DNA of 36,138 nucleotides. Source: an uncultured Candidatus Saccharibacteria bacterium. Lineage in GTDB: Bacteria; Patescibacteriota; Minisyncoccia; Minisyncoccales; CAZJJV01. Location of the stretch: the NCBI GenBank assembly GCA_964546415.1, contig CAZJJV010000002.1, positions 1-36,138 on the forward strand, read 5' to 3'. Both the position numbers and the translations under genes were made by a program. Under the pieces are notes generated by a model. It was not told where the DNA came from. It ran no database searches and was given only the letters and a program-made list of their open reading frames with translations. How positions within the stretch are numbered: the first letter of the stretch is position 1; each line of letters begins with the position of its first letter. Shown piece by piece: positions 9,222 to 16,729 of the stretch.

Positions 9222-9250
9222 ATAATAAAACTATTTTCTTTGTTTGTCAA
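9222..9250 (-). promoter_or_regulatory. Consensus-like promoter of the orphan 85-aa gene
   Basis: Minus strand reads TTGACA (9250..9245), a 17-nt spacer, then TATTAT (9227..9222), followed by AGGAGG 5 nt before the ATG. Confidence 0.6.
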
Positions 9251-9270
9251 GAGGTTTTAGAAAAATTGTT

Positions 9271-10200
9271 TTAGATTTTCTTTTTTAGGTTTTTTAAATA
9301 AGAAATAGCAGAAAGGGCAGCTTTAGCCCCCTCACCGCAAGCAATAACAATTTGTTTGTAGGGAACATCGTCTGCATCCCCTGCGGCAAAAATTCCAGGG
9401 GTTGAGGTTTCGCCAGTAAAGGGATTCACCTTTATCTCATCTCTCTCATTGAACTCAACTAAACCCTTAACAAAGGAGGTAGCAGGTTGAGAACCTATTT
9501 CAATAAATATTCCTTTTACTGAAAGTTCTTTTTCTTGACCGGTTTTTCTATCCTCATAAACCAATCCTTCCACAAAATCATCTCCTAAAATCTTTTTTAC
9601 TTTAGCGTTGGTAATAAGTTCTATTTTTCCTGTTTTTTGAGCCTCTGTTTGATTTTGCTCATCTGCCCCAGGTTGGGGATTGTATTCTAAAATATAGATT
9701 TTTTTAGCAAAATCACTTAAAAAAATGGCTGCCTCAAAACCAGCGTTACCTCCTCCGACCACCGCCACTGTTTTCCCGTTGAATAAAGGGCCATCACAAG
9801 TGACACAATAACTCAACCCCTTTCCAATAAATTCTTTTTCTCTTTCTGCCTCTAGGGGCCGGGGGTCTGCTCCTGAGGCTATTATAATAGTTTTTGTCTC
9901 AAATGTTTTTTGATTTTTGGTTTTAACCAAAAACCCCTCTTCTTTTTTCTCTACCCTACTCACCTCGTCCAATTCAATTGAAACAGAATAATTCTTTAAA
10001 TGACTCACCAATCTTTCAATCAATTGTTGGCCAGAAATCTCTAAAAAACCAGGGTAATTCTCTATTTTTACTGCCTTTCGAGTAATTTGACCACCAAAGG
10101 TCTTGGTAATCAATAAAGTGTTTAGTTTTTGGCGGCTAGCATAAATGCCGGCCGTAATTCCGGCTGGCCCTCCTCCAATGATAATTAAATCATAAACCAT
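9271..10200 (-). CDS. trxB: Thioredoxin-disulfide reductase
   Basis: IIGGGPAGITAG FAD site, redox CVTCDG, VVGGGNAGFEAA NADPH site, AAGDA. Start trimmed to ATG 10200 (MVYDLIIIG). Confidence 0.9.
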   Translation of the reverse strand: MVYDLIIIGGGPAGITAGIYASRQKLNTLLITKTFGGQITRKAVKIENYPGFLEISGQQLIERLVSHLKNYSVSIELDEVSRVEKKEEGFLVKTKNQKTFETKTIIIASGADPRPLEAEREKEFIGKGLSYCVTCDGPLFNGKTVAVVGGGNAGFEAAIFLSDFAKKIYILEYNPQPGADEQNQTEAQKTGKIELITNAKVKKILGDDFVEGLVYEDRKTGQEKELSVKGIFIEIGSQPATSFVKGLVEFNERDEIKVNPFTGETSTPGIFAAGDADDVPYKQIVIACGEGAKAALSAISYLKNLKKKI

Positions 10201-10207
10201 AATTTTA

Positions 10208-11074
10208 CTAAAACTTAATTGCTTCAGAAATATAATCAATTAAATCAGTAGCGGTCATAGATTCTTTCAATTTTTTGGAAGCCAGCTCTCCAGCCAAACC
10301 ATTAATAAAGGCTCCTGCCATCCCCGCCAAAAAGGGATTAGCCCCCCTAGCCATTAAAGCCCCACCAATACCAGCCAGAGTATCACCTGTCCCGCCGGAA
10401 GTTAAATACGGATTGCCCGTTTTATTTAAAGCAACTTCTCTACCGTCAGAAATTATATCAATAGCCCCTTTTAACAAAATAGTGGTTCCTAACCTTTCAG
10501 CCTCTTTTTTGACAATTTCTTTTTTTTCTTTCTCTGAAAGGTTTGAAACATCCTTGCCAGTTAAAACAGAAAACTCAAAAGAATGAGGAGTTATTAAGAA
10601 AGGTTTACCTTTTATTATTTGGGGATCTTTAGAAATAGCATAAATGGCGTCGGCATCAATCACTGCCGGCAAAGAAATTTGAGACAAAAACTCCAAAATT
10701 GCTTCTTGGGTTTCCTCTGTTCTGCCCATTCCCCCACCTATCACCAAGGCTGTCTTTCCATGAGAAACAATTTTGGCTGATTCTGTCACCGAAAGCAACA
10801 AAGCTAAATGTTTTTTGGTTAAATATTTATCCTCTAAGGGATAGGCTGCTAAATTAGGACTAAAAGAAGCAATAATATCTGCTGCTCTTTTGGGAGCAAT
10901 AATCCTTACCATATCTACCCCTGTCCTAAAAGCGGCCATAGCCGCCAGAGCCGGAGAGCCAGAATAAAATTCAGATCCCCCAATCACCACCAAAAGCCCG
11001 AAATCATATTTTTTACTTTGGAGGGGGCGCTTTTGATAAATTTCTTTCAATATTTTTTTGGTAACCACTTTCAT
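10208..11074 (-). CDS. nnrD: ADP-dependent NAD(P)H-hydrate dehydratase (YjeF C-terminal/carbohydrate-kinase domain)
   Basis: GGSEFYSGSPALAAMAAFRTGVDMV and GGTGDTLAGIGGALMA motifs. Start trimmed to ATG 11074, forming an ATGA overlap with the galU stop. Confidence 0.75.
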   Translation of the reverse strand: MKVVTKKILKEIYQKRPLQSKKYDFGLLVVIGGSEFYSGSPALAAMAAFRTGVDMVRIIAPKRAADIIASFSPNLAAYPLEDKYLTKKHLALLLSVTESAKIVSHGKTALVIGGGMGRTEETQEAILEFLSQISLPAVIDADAIYAISKDPQIIKGKPFLITPHSFEFSVLTGKDVSNLSEKEKKEIVKKEAERLGTTILLKGAIDIISDGREVALNKTGNPYLTSGGTGDTLAGIGGALMARGANPFLAGMAGAFINGLAGELASKKLKESMTATDLIDYISEAIKF

Positions 11075-11955
11075 AATTTTATTTCTTTTTTTAAAAATTC
11101 TCTCAATTTCTTTCCATATTGAGGATGATTTAAAGACAAATAAAGGTGGCTCTTTAACCAACTAATTTTATCTCCACACTCTAGCCATTTCCCCTCAATT
11201 TCGTATCCATAAATTATTTTACCATCCTTTAGCATTTCAGCCAAAACCTCAGCCAAATAAATTTCTTTTTTTGCTGAGGGCTTGGCTTTTTTTAAATAAA
11301 AGAAAACCTCTGGCACTAAAATCCTTCTCCCCAAAATCGCCAAATCAGAGGGTGCCTCTTCTAAAGAGGGTTTTTCAATAATTTTTTTTATTTTGTAAAA
11401 CCGGTGGGCTATTTTTTCTTCTTTGATTATTCCATAAGAAGAAATTCTTTCCTTTGGTACCCTACAAACCCCTAAAGTAATCTTTTGGGTTGTTTTGAAT
11501 ACTTGGAATAATTGGAGGCAGGCGGGTGTCCGAGATTCCACAATATCGTCTGGATATAATACATAAAAAGGTTCTTCTTTTATTACTTTTTCTGCTTGTA
11601 AAATAGCATGACCATCTCCTAAGGGCTTTTTTTGATAAACAAAAGAAAAAGAAAGTTGACGACCTATTTCTTCAATTTTCTTTAACTCTACCAATCTTTC
11701 TTCTTTTTTTCTTTCTTGAAGAATCTTTTCTAATCGAGATGATTTTTTAAAATAATCTAAAACATTTTTTGAATAAGGGCTTAAAATAAAAACTACCTCC
11801 TTCACCCCAGAATCTTTCAATTCTTCCAAAGAATACTGAATCATTGGCCTGTCTACTATGGGCCAAAATTCTTTGGGTATCACCTTTGACAGGGGTAAAA
11901 ATCTGGTTCCCAAACCAGCGATAGGTATTACGGCTTTTTTAATTTCATCTAACAT
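11071..11955 (-). CDS. galU: UTP--glucose-1-phosphate uridylyltransferase
   Basis: KAVIPIAGLGTRFLPLSKVIPKEFWPIVDRPMIQY N-terminal nucleotidyltransferase signature; 294 aa. Confidence 0.85.
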   Translation of the reverse strand: MLDEIKKAVIPIAGLGTRFLPLSKVIPKEFWPIVDRPMIQYSLEELKDSGVKEVVFILSPYSKNVLDYFKKSSRLEKILQERKKEERLVELKKIEEIGRQLSFSFVYQKKPLGDGHAILQAEKVIKEEPFYVLYPDDIVESRTPACLQLFQVFKTTQKITLGVCRVPKERISSYGIIKEEKIAHRFYKIKKIIEKPSLEEAPSDLAILGRRILVPEVFFYLKKAKPSAKKEIYLAEVLAEMLKDGKIIYGYEIEGKWLECGDKISWLKSHLYLSLNHPQYGKKLREFLKKEIKL

Positions 11956-11964
11956 ATTAAATTT

Positions 11965-13308
11965 TTAGCTTTTTTGAAATCTCTTTAAAAAAGCAGGGAA
12001 TTCCCATTTCTCTTCTTCTTTTAAAATTTCTTTTTCTGTTTTTTCTATTTCTTCCTTTATTTGAAGAGCGTTTCTCCGTACCTTTTCTTCTTTTTCAGTT
12101 TTTTTCTTTTCGTTTTTAGTTTTTTTCTTTTTTAATTTAGGTTTTTTTGTTTTGGGCTTCTTTTTTAAACCAAACCTTTGTTTTTCTTTTAGGTTTTGGG
12201 GAGCCTTAATAGTTTTCTTTTCTTTCTTTTCTTTCTTTTCTTTCTTTTCTTTTTTTTCTTTTTTTTCTTTTTTTTCTTTTTTTCTCTTCTTTCTCTTCTT
12301 TTCTCTTGTTTTTTCTTTTTTCTCTCTGAAAATTTTACTAGAACAACCGGTAGCAAAAATAGTCACCCTAATTTCTTTTTTTTCTTTAAAATCTTGAGAG
12401 ATCCCAAAAACAATCCTGGCTCCGGGATTAACTGATTCAAAAATTGTTTTTGAAATTTGACTGGCTTCAACCAAAGACAAGTCTTTGGGGCCACAAATAT
12501 TAAATAAAATATTCTTTGCCCCTTTTAAAGAATAAGAATAAAGGGGTGAGTTCAAAACCTCTTTGGCTTCGCTAATAGTTTTTTTACGAGGAATCTTTAA
12601 AGTATTTAAAAAGGCTAGTTTTCCTTGACCCTCCAAAATGGTGCTTAAATCAGCAAAATCAATATTTATCAATCCAGGTTTATAAAGGGTTTCAATTAGT
12701 CCTCCTAAATAATCTACTAAAATTTTATTGATTGAAGAAAAAGCCAGTCTTAAAGGAGTATTTTTATCAATGACCCCAAAGATCCTCTCGTTGGGAATGA
12801 CCGAAAAAGCGTTGAGGTGGGGCCTTAATCTCTCCAATGATCTTTGGGCTATTTTCATTTTTCTCTCTCCCTCAAAATTAAAAGGCAAGGTAAAAATTCC
12901 ATATGTCAAAATTTTTAAACCCTTGGCCACCTGAACAAAAATCGGCGTTGCCCCAGAACTCACTCCTCCCCCAAGACAACTTACAAAAATTAAAAAATCA
13001 TATTTACTAAAAAGTTTTTTTATCCTTTCTTTTTCGTTCTTGGCTGCCAGTTCTCCTAATTCAGGGTCCATTCCTGTCCCCAATCCCTTGGTTAAATTTT
13101 TGCCAAAAGAAAATTTAATTACTTTTTTACTTAAAGATCTTAATGCTTGAAGGTCGGTGTTGGCTACCAAAAAAGAAATCTTTTCTATTTTGGGAGCCAA
13201 TTCTGAAACAATGTTTCCTCCCCCACCACCTATTCCTACAACCCCGATTTTGCTTTTTTTATTTCTCTCTTTCAAAGATAAATTTTTAGAAAATTCCTTT
13301 TTGGTCAT
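11965..13308 (-). CDS. ftsZ: Cell division GTPase FtsZ with ~108-aa Lys/Glu-rich linker
   Basis: GIGGGGGNIV, NTDLQAL, GLGTGMDPELG, GGGVSSGATP (variant tubulin signature), NIDFADL (T7), C-terminal peptide EFPAFLKR. Confidence 0.9.
   Translation of the reverse strand: MTKKEFSKNLSLKERNKKSKIGVVGIGGGGGNIVSELAPKIEKISFLVANTDLQALRSLSKKVIKFSFGKNLTKGLGTGMDPELGELAAKNEKERIKKLFSKYDFLIFVSCLGGGVSSGATPIFVQVAKGLKILTYGIFTLPFNFEGERKMKIAQRSLERLRPHLNAFSVIPNERIFGVIDKNTPLRLAFSSINKILVDYLGGLIETLYKPGLINIDFADLSTILEGQGKLAFLNTLKIPRKKTISEAKEVLNSPLYSYSLKGAKNILFNICGPKDLSLVEASQISKTIFESVNPGARIVFGISQDFKEKKEIRVTIFATGCSSKIFREKKEKTREKKRKKRKKEKKEKKEKKEKKEKKEKKEKKTIKAPQNLKEKQRFGLKKKPKTKKPKLKKKKTKNEKKKTEKEEKVRRNALQIKEEIEKTEKEILKEEEKWEFPAFLKRFQKS
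12213..12327. repeat. Polypyrimidine/polypurine low-complexity tract encoding the FtsZ (EKK)n linker
   Basis: The plus strand is pure C/T from 12213 to 12307 (95 nt), and again to 12327 after a single G. It contains short tandem ttctt/tttct units. Confidence 0.9.
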
Positions 13309-13314
13309 TATTAA

Positions 13315-13343
13315 AATTTATAATTTCATCCTTTAAAAGTCAA
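13315..13343 (-). promoter_or_regulatory. Putative ftsZ promoter (leaderless geometry)
   Basis: Minus strand reads TTGACT (13343..13338), a 17-nt spacer, then TAAATT (13320..13315), then only 6 nt (TTAATA) before ATG 13308. There is no SD. Confidence 0.5.
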
Positions 13344-13402
13344 CAAAACCTTCTTTTATTTTATCAAAACCCCTCAAAAACCACAACCAATTTTCCCCCG
13401 CC

Positions 13403-13473
13403 TTATACTTAATACTTTATACTTTATACTTTATACTTAATACCTAATAACACTTTTGCCTTTTGCCTTTTGA
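13403..13473. repeat. Ten consecutive heptamers: 7 x T(T/A)ATAC(T/C), then 3 x CTTTTG(C/A)
   Basis: ttatact taatact ttatact ttatact ttatact taatacc taataac (13403..13451), then cttttgc cttttgc cttttga (13453..13473). Confidence 0.9.
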
Positions 13474-13485
13474 ATTTGCTAAAAT
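13456..13485 (+). promoter_or_regulatory. Putative extended -10 promoter of the PEGA gene (leaderless geometry)
   Basis: TTGCCT (13456..13461), an 18-nt spacer, then TGCTAAAAT (TGn + TAAAAT 13480..13485), then 6 nt (GTTTAT) before ATG 13492. There is no SD. Confidence 0.5.
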
Positions 13486-13491
13486 GTTTAT

Positions 13492-14763
13492 ATGACAAAA
13501 AAACAAAGAACCATTTTGTTTATAATCTGTTTGCTTTTATTTTGTTTGATTGCCCCAGCAGTAATTTTTTATTCCCAAGGCTATAGAATTGATTTCAAGC
13601 ATAGAAAAATTACCCAGACCGGAGGAATTTTTTTGAGGGTATCACCCAAGGTAGCCAAAGTATATCTTAATGGAAAACTAAAAGATAAAACAGATCCCTT
13701 TTTTGGCTCTTTGCTTATTGAAAATCTTCTTCCTCAAAAATATCTCTTAAGGGTTGAAAGAGAAAACTACCATTTCTGGGAAAAGGAAGTAGAGGTAAAA
13801 GAAAAACTAGTAAAAGAGTTTAAAAACCTCCTTTTGATTCCTAAAAACCCTGAATTCAAATTGCTTTTTAAAGATATTGAAGATTTTTATTTCTTTCCTG
13901 ATTTCCGTTATCTAATCTTAAAAGAAAAAGGAGAAGAGGAATGGTCTCTTAAGTTGTTTAATTTAGAAAAATTCATCAAAAGCCACCTGATCGGCGAAAC
14001 AGATATTTCAAAAAAGGGCGCCACCCTTTTGGAATTAAGATTGGCTCCAAACAAAAAAAGGCTTTTTTTGAAAGCAAAAATAGAAAACGAATTAAGATAT
14101 TTTAGCCTTTCTCTAGAAAAAATTCCCTCTTCTTTAGATGATGAAACAGAAAAAACCTGGAACTTTAATTTAGATCCAAAACTGGATTGTTTGGATTTCC
14201 AAATATTAAAAAATGATATTTACTGTTTAGATTCAAAAGGAAATATCTGGAAAAACCAAACCAAAATCATCCCAACCTCATTTCCTCTCAAAGAAGGAAC
14301 AAATTATCAATTAAAAGTCTTAAAAGACAATATTTTTCTTTTAGAAAATCAAACCCTTTATCACTACAACAACCTTTCTCAATCTTTTGAAAAAATAAAA
14401 GAGGGGGTAAAATCTTTGGTTTTGTCTCCAGACCAAAAAAAGATAGCCTATTTCTCTGACTTTGAGATTTGGTTGTTGTTTTTAAAAGAGAGTTTTGGGC
14501 AACCTCTTAGAAAAGAAAACGAAAAAGTCTTTCTTACCCGTTTTTCAGAAAAAATTAACCAACTTTTCTGGCTTTCCCCCTACTATTTAATTTTTTCAGG
14601 CGAAGAAAAAATAAAGGTTTCTGAAATTGATAATCGAGATAAAATAAATATCGTCGAGTTAGCGGAATTTAAAAATCCCAAAATATTTTGGGACCTTAAC
14701 AAAAAAAGGCTGTATGTCCTCAGCCAAAGAAAGCTTTATGTTTCAGAAGAACTAATTAAATAA
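13492..14763 (+). CDS. Membrane-anchored PEGA-like domain protein with TolB-like beta-propeller-type C-terminal region
   Basis: N-terminal TM (ILFIICLLLFCLIAPAVIF). PEGA-like segment PKVAKVYLNGK...LLPQKYLLRVERENYHFWEKEVEV. Later repeats include SPDQKKIAYFS. This is the only plus-strand gene. Confidence 0.5.
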   Translation: MTKKQRTILFIICLLLFCLIAPAVIFYSQGYRIDFKHRKITQTGGIFLRVSPKVAKVYLNGKLKDKTDPFFGSLLIENLLPQKYLLRVERENYHFWEKEVEVKEKLVKEFKNLLLIPKNPEFKLLFKDIEDFYFFPDFRYLILKEKGEEEWSLKLFNLEKFIKSHLIGETDISKKGATLLELRLAPNKKRLFLKAKIENELRYFSLSLEKIPSSLDDETEKTWNFNLDPKLDCLDFQILKNDIYCLDSKGNIWKNQTKIIPTSFPLKEGTNYQLKVLKDNIFLLENQTLYHYNNLSQSFEKIKEGVKSLVLSPDQKKIAYFSDFEIWLLFLKESFGQPLRKENEKVFLTRFSEKINQLFWLSPYYLIFSGEEKIKVSEIDNRDKINIVELAEFKNPKIFWDLNKKRLYVLSQRKLYVSEELIK

Positions 14764-14766
14764 TTT

Positions 14767-15489
14767 TTAGTTGGCCTCTTTTTTTGTATTATTTAATTCT
14801 TTAATTCTTTCCTTGAGTAAATTCCAGTCCATCTCACCCCCATCAGCCAAATCGCATATTTCTCTAAATTCGCAATAATTACATTGCCAATTTTTGGGAT
14901 AATCTACCAATCTGGCTGGGACGATATCAGATTCTACTTTCTTCTTTAAGGATTCAAAATTACTTAATAGTTGTTTAACTACTTTATTGTTGTATTCTAC
15001 AGCAAATTCTTTCAATTCTTGGGTGTCTTTGTTCATATAAAGCAAAATGCCTTTTTTGATTCCAAAATAGTGAAGGTAAAGCTGGATCTGGTAATAATCC
15101 TCTATTTTAGGTTCTTCCATTTTTCCTAAATTCATTCTTCCGCTAATACTCTTGATATCTACCACATAGGGCTCACCATCAATACTAATGATAGCATCAG
15201 CCCTTCCTTTAACAATTTCCTGGGGCGGAATATCCACCTCAGTGGCTCTTACCAATCTCAAACTAAATAGAGGACGTAAAACCAGTTGATGAATGTAATT
15301 GCCGTGTTCGAAAATTCTTAATCTCTCAGCCTCCATTTCTCTGGCCGGCGCTTTCTTGAATCTAAAAAAAATATTCCTGGGACATCTTCCGGCCTCACTG
15401 ATATAAAAGTAGGTTCTTTCTTTGTTTCTTTTCTCTTTTCTTTCTCTTTCCCTATCAATATAGAATTGATCAATTAAATCTTTTAACAT
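14767..15489 (-). CDS. Cas4/RecB-like PD-(D/E)XK nuclease with 4-Cys (Fe-S) cluster signature, no CRISPR context
   Basis: N-terminal Cys in GRCPRNIFF, nuclease core GRADAII...YVVDIKS, QIQLYLHY (QxxxY), C-terminal CNYCEFREIC (C-x2-C-x5-C). Confidence 0.7.
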   Translation of the reverse strand: MLKDLIDQFYIDRERERKEKRNKERTYFYISEAGRCPRNIFFRFKKAPAREMEAERLRIFEHGNYIHQLVLRPLFSLRLVRATEVDIPPQEIVKGRADAIISIDGEPYVVDIKSISGRMNLGKMEEPKIEDYYQIQLYLHYFGIKKGILLYMNKDTQELKEFAVEYNNKVVKQLLSNFESLKKKVESDIVPARLVDYPKNWQCNYCEFREICDLADGGEMDWNLLKERIKELNNTKKEAN

Positions 15490-15515
15490 TTTATATTAAA
15501 TATTAAAATTTCACC

Positions 15516-16007
15516 CTATCTCTTTGACCACTGAGGGGCTCTTCTGGCTCTCTTTAATCCTGGCTTTTTTCTCTCTCTTACTCTTGGATCTCTTTTTAAA
15601 TACCCTAATTTTTTTAATCTTTTTTTAAAATTAGGATTTATTAAAACTAAAGCCCGGGCTGTTCCGTGTCTAATCGCCTCTGCCTGTCCCCTGATTCCAC
15701 CTCCTTTTACTTTAACCAAAACCCTAAATTTATCAAGGCACTTCATTGCCTCCAAGGATCCTTTGGCAGTTTTTCTTAATTCTAAAGTAGGAAAATATTC
15801 ATCAACTGGTTTATCGTTAACTAAAAAAACCTTCTCTCCTTTGGTAAAAAGCCTCACCCTGGCTACTGCTGTCTTTCTTCTGCCAACCGCTTCATAATAT
15901 TTTTCAGTTTGTTTTTCTTTTTTTTCTTTTTCTTTTCTCTCTTTCTCTTTTTTTGTAACTTTTGGCTTTGTGGTTTTTTTCTCTGTTTTTGTTTTTTCTT
16001 TTGGCAT
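15516..16007 (-). CDS. rpsI: 30S ribosomal protein S9 with ~35-aa Lys/Glu-rich N-terminal extension
   Basis: YYEAVGRRKTAVARVRL, GGGIRGQAEAIRHGTARAL, C-terminal RRAPQWSKR. Confidence 0.95.
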   Translation of the reverse strand: MPKEKTKTEKKTTKPKVTKKEKERKEKEKKEKQTEKYYEAVGRRKTAVARVRLFTKGEKVFLVNDKPVDEYFPTLELRKTAKGSLEAMKCLDKFRVLVKVKGGGIRGQAEAIRHGTARALVLINPNFKKRLKKLGYLKRDPRVRERKKPGLKRARRAPQWSKR

Positions 16008-16011
16008 ATTT

Positions 16012-16362
16012 TTATTTTTCTATTTTTAATCTCTTAATCATTCTTGCTCTTAATTTATTTTTAGGCAACATCCCATAAACTGCCATTCTTAATACACTTT
16101 CTGGGTTTTTTTCAAAAATTTTCTTTAAAGGAATAAATTTGCCACTTCCCAAATAGCCTGAATGGCGGAAATACTGTTTTTTTTCAAATTTTTTGCCTGT
16201 AAATTTTATTTTTTTTATATTCTTAATCACCACAAAATCACCCATATCTTTGGCTGGGTGGTAATCTTTCTTATGTTTTCCTTGAAGAAGTTTAGCAATC
16301 TCAGTCGCCAATCTCCCCAGGGCCTTATTTTTAGCATCAATAATATGGGTTTCTCTTTGCAT
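16012..16362 (-). CDS. rplM: 50S ribosomal protein L13 (short, 116 aa)
   Basis: IIDAKNKALGRLATEIAKLLQGKHK, MAVYGMLPKNKL. Confidence 0.9.
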   Translation of the reverse strand: MQRETHIIDAKNKALGRLATEIAKLLQGKHKKDYHPAKDMGDFVVIKNIKKIKFTGKKFEKKQYFRHSGYLGSGKFIPLKKIFEKNPESVLRMAVYGMLPKNKLRARMIKRLKIEK

Positions 16363-16371
16363 AAATTTTAA

Positions 16372-16719
16372 TTAAACCAACTCTACAATCACCATTTCTG
16401 CCCCATCAGATCTCCGGGGCCCCAATTTAATAATTCTGGTATAGCCCCCTTTTCTATTTTTATAACGGGGGCCAATTTCTTCTATCAATTTTTTAACTAT
16501 AGGTTTAGAAAAGTATCTTAACAGATATCTCCTTGAAGCCAAATCATCTTTTTTGGCACGGGTAATAAATTTCTCTACAAAAGGCCGAAGCTCTTTTCCT
16601 TTGGCCTCGGTGGTCTTGATTTTTTCTTTCAACAAAAAATTAGCAGCCAAAGATCTTAAAAGGGCCCGACGTTGATCTCTTTTTAAACTTAGTTTTCTTC
16701 CTTTTTTTAAATGCCTCAT
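16372..16719 (-). CDS. rplQ: 50S ribosomal protein L17
   Basis: The true start is taken as ATG 16719 (MRHLKKGRKLSLKRDQRRALLRSLA, the canonical L17 N-terminus). The ORF-track N-terminal poly-K/R extension overlaps the rpoA tail in another frame. Confidence 0.9.
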   Translation of the reverse strand: MRHLKKGRKLSLKRDQRRALLRSLAANFLLKEKIKTTEAKGKELRPFVEKFITRAKKDDLASRRYLLRYFSKPIVKKLIEEIGPRYKNRKGGYTRIIKLGPRRSDGAEMVIVELV

Positions 16720-16729
16720 ATAAATCTTT

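Noticed and set aside
12152-12435. Two Phe-rich plus-strand ORFs (81 and 79 aa).
   Set aside because: They are antisense translations of the polypurine tract encoding the FtsZ K/E linker and have no coding signal.
13309-13491. Whether the AT-rich repeat-containing divergent intergenic region could be a replication origin.
   Set aside because: I found no TTATCCACA-like DnaA boxes and no adjacent dnaA/dnaN. The repeats are better explained as promoter-associated elements. This is not excluded, only unsupported.
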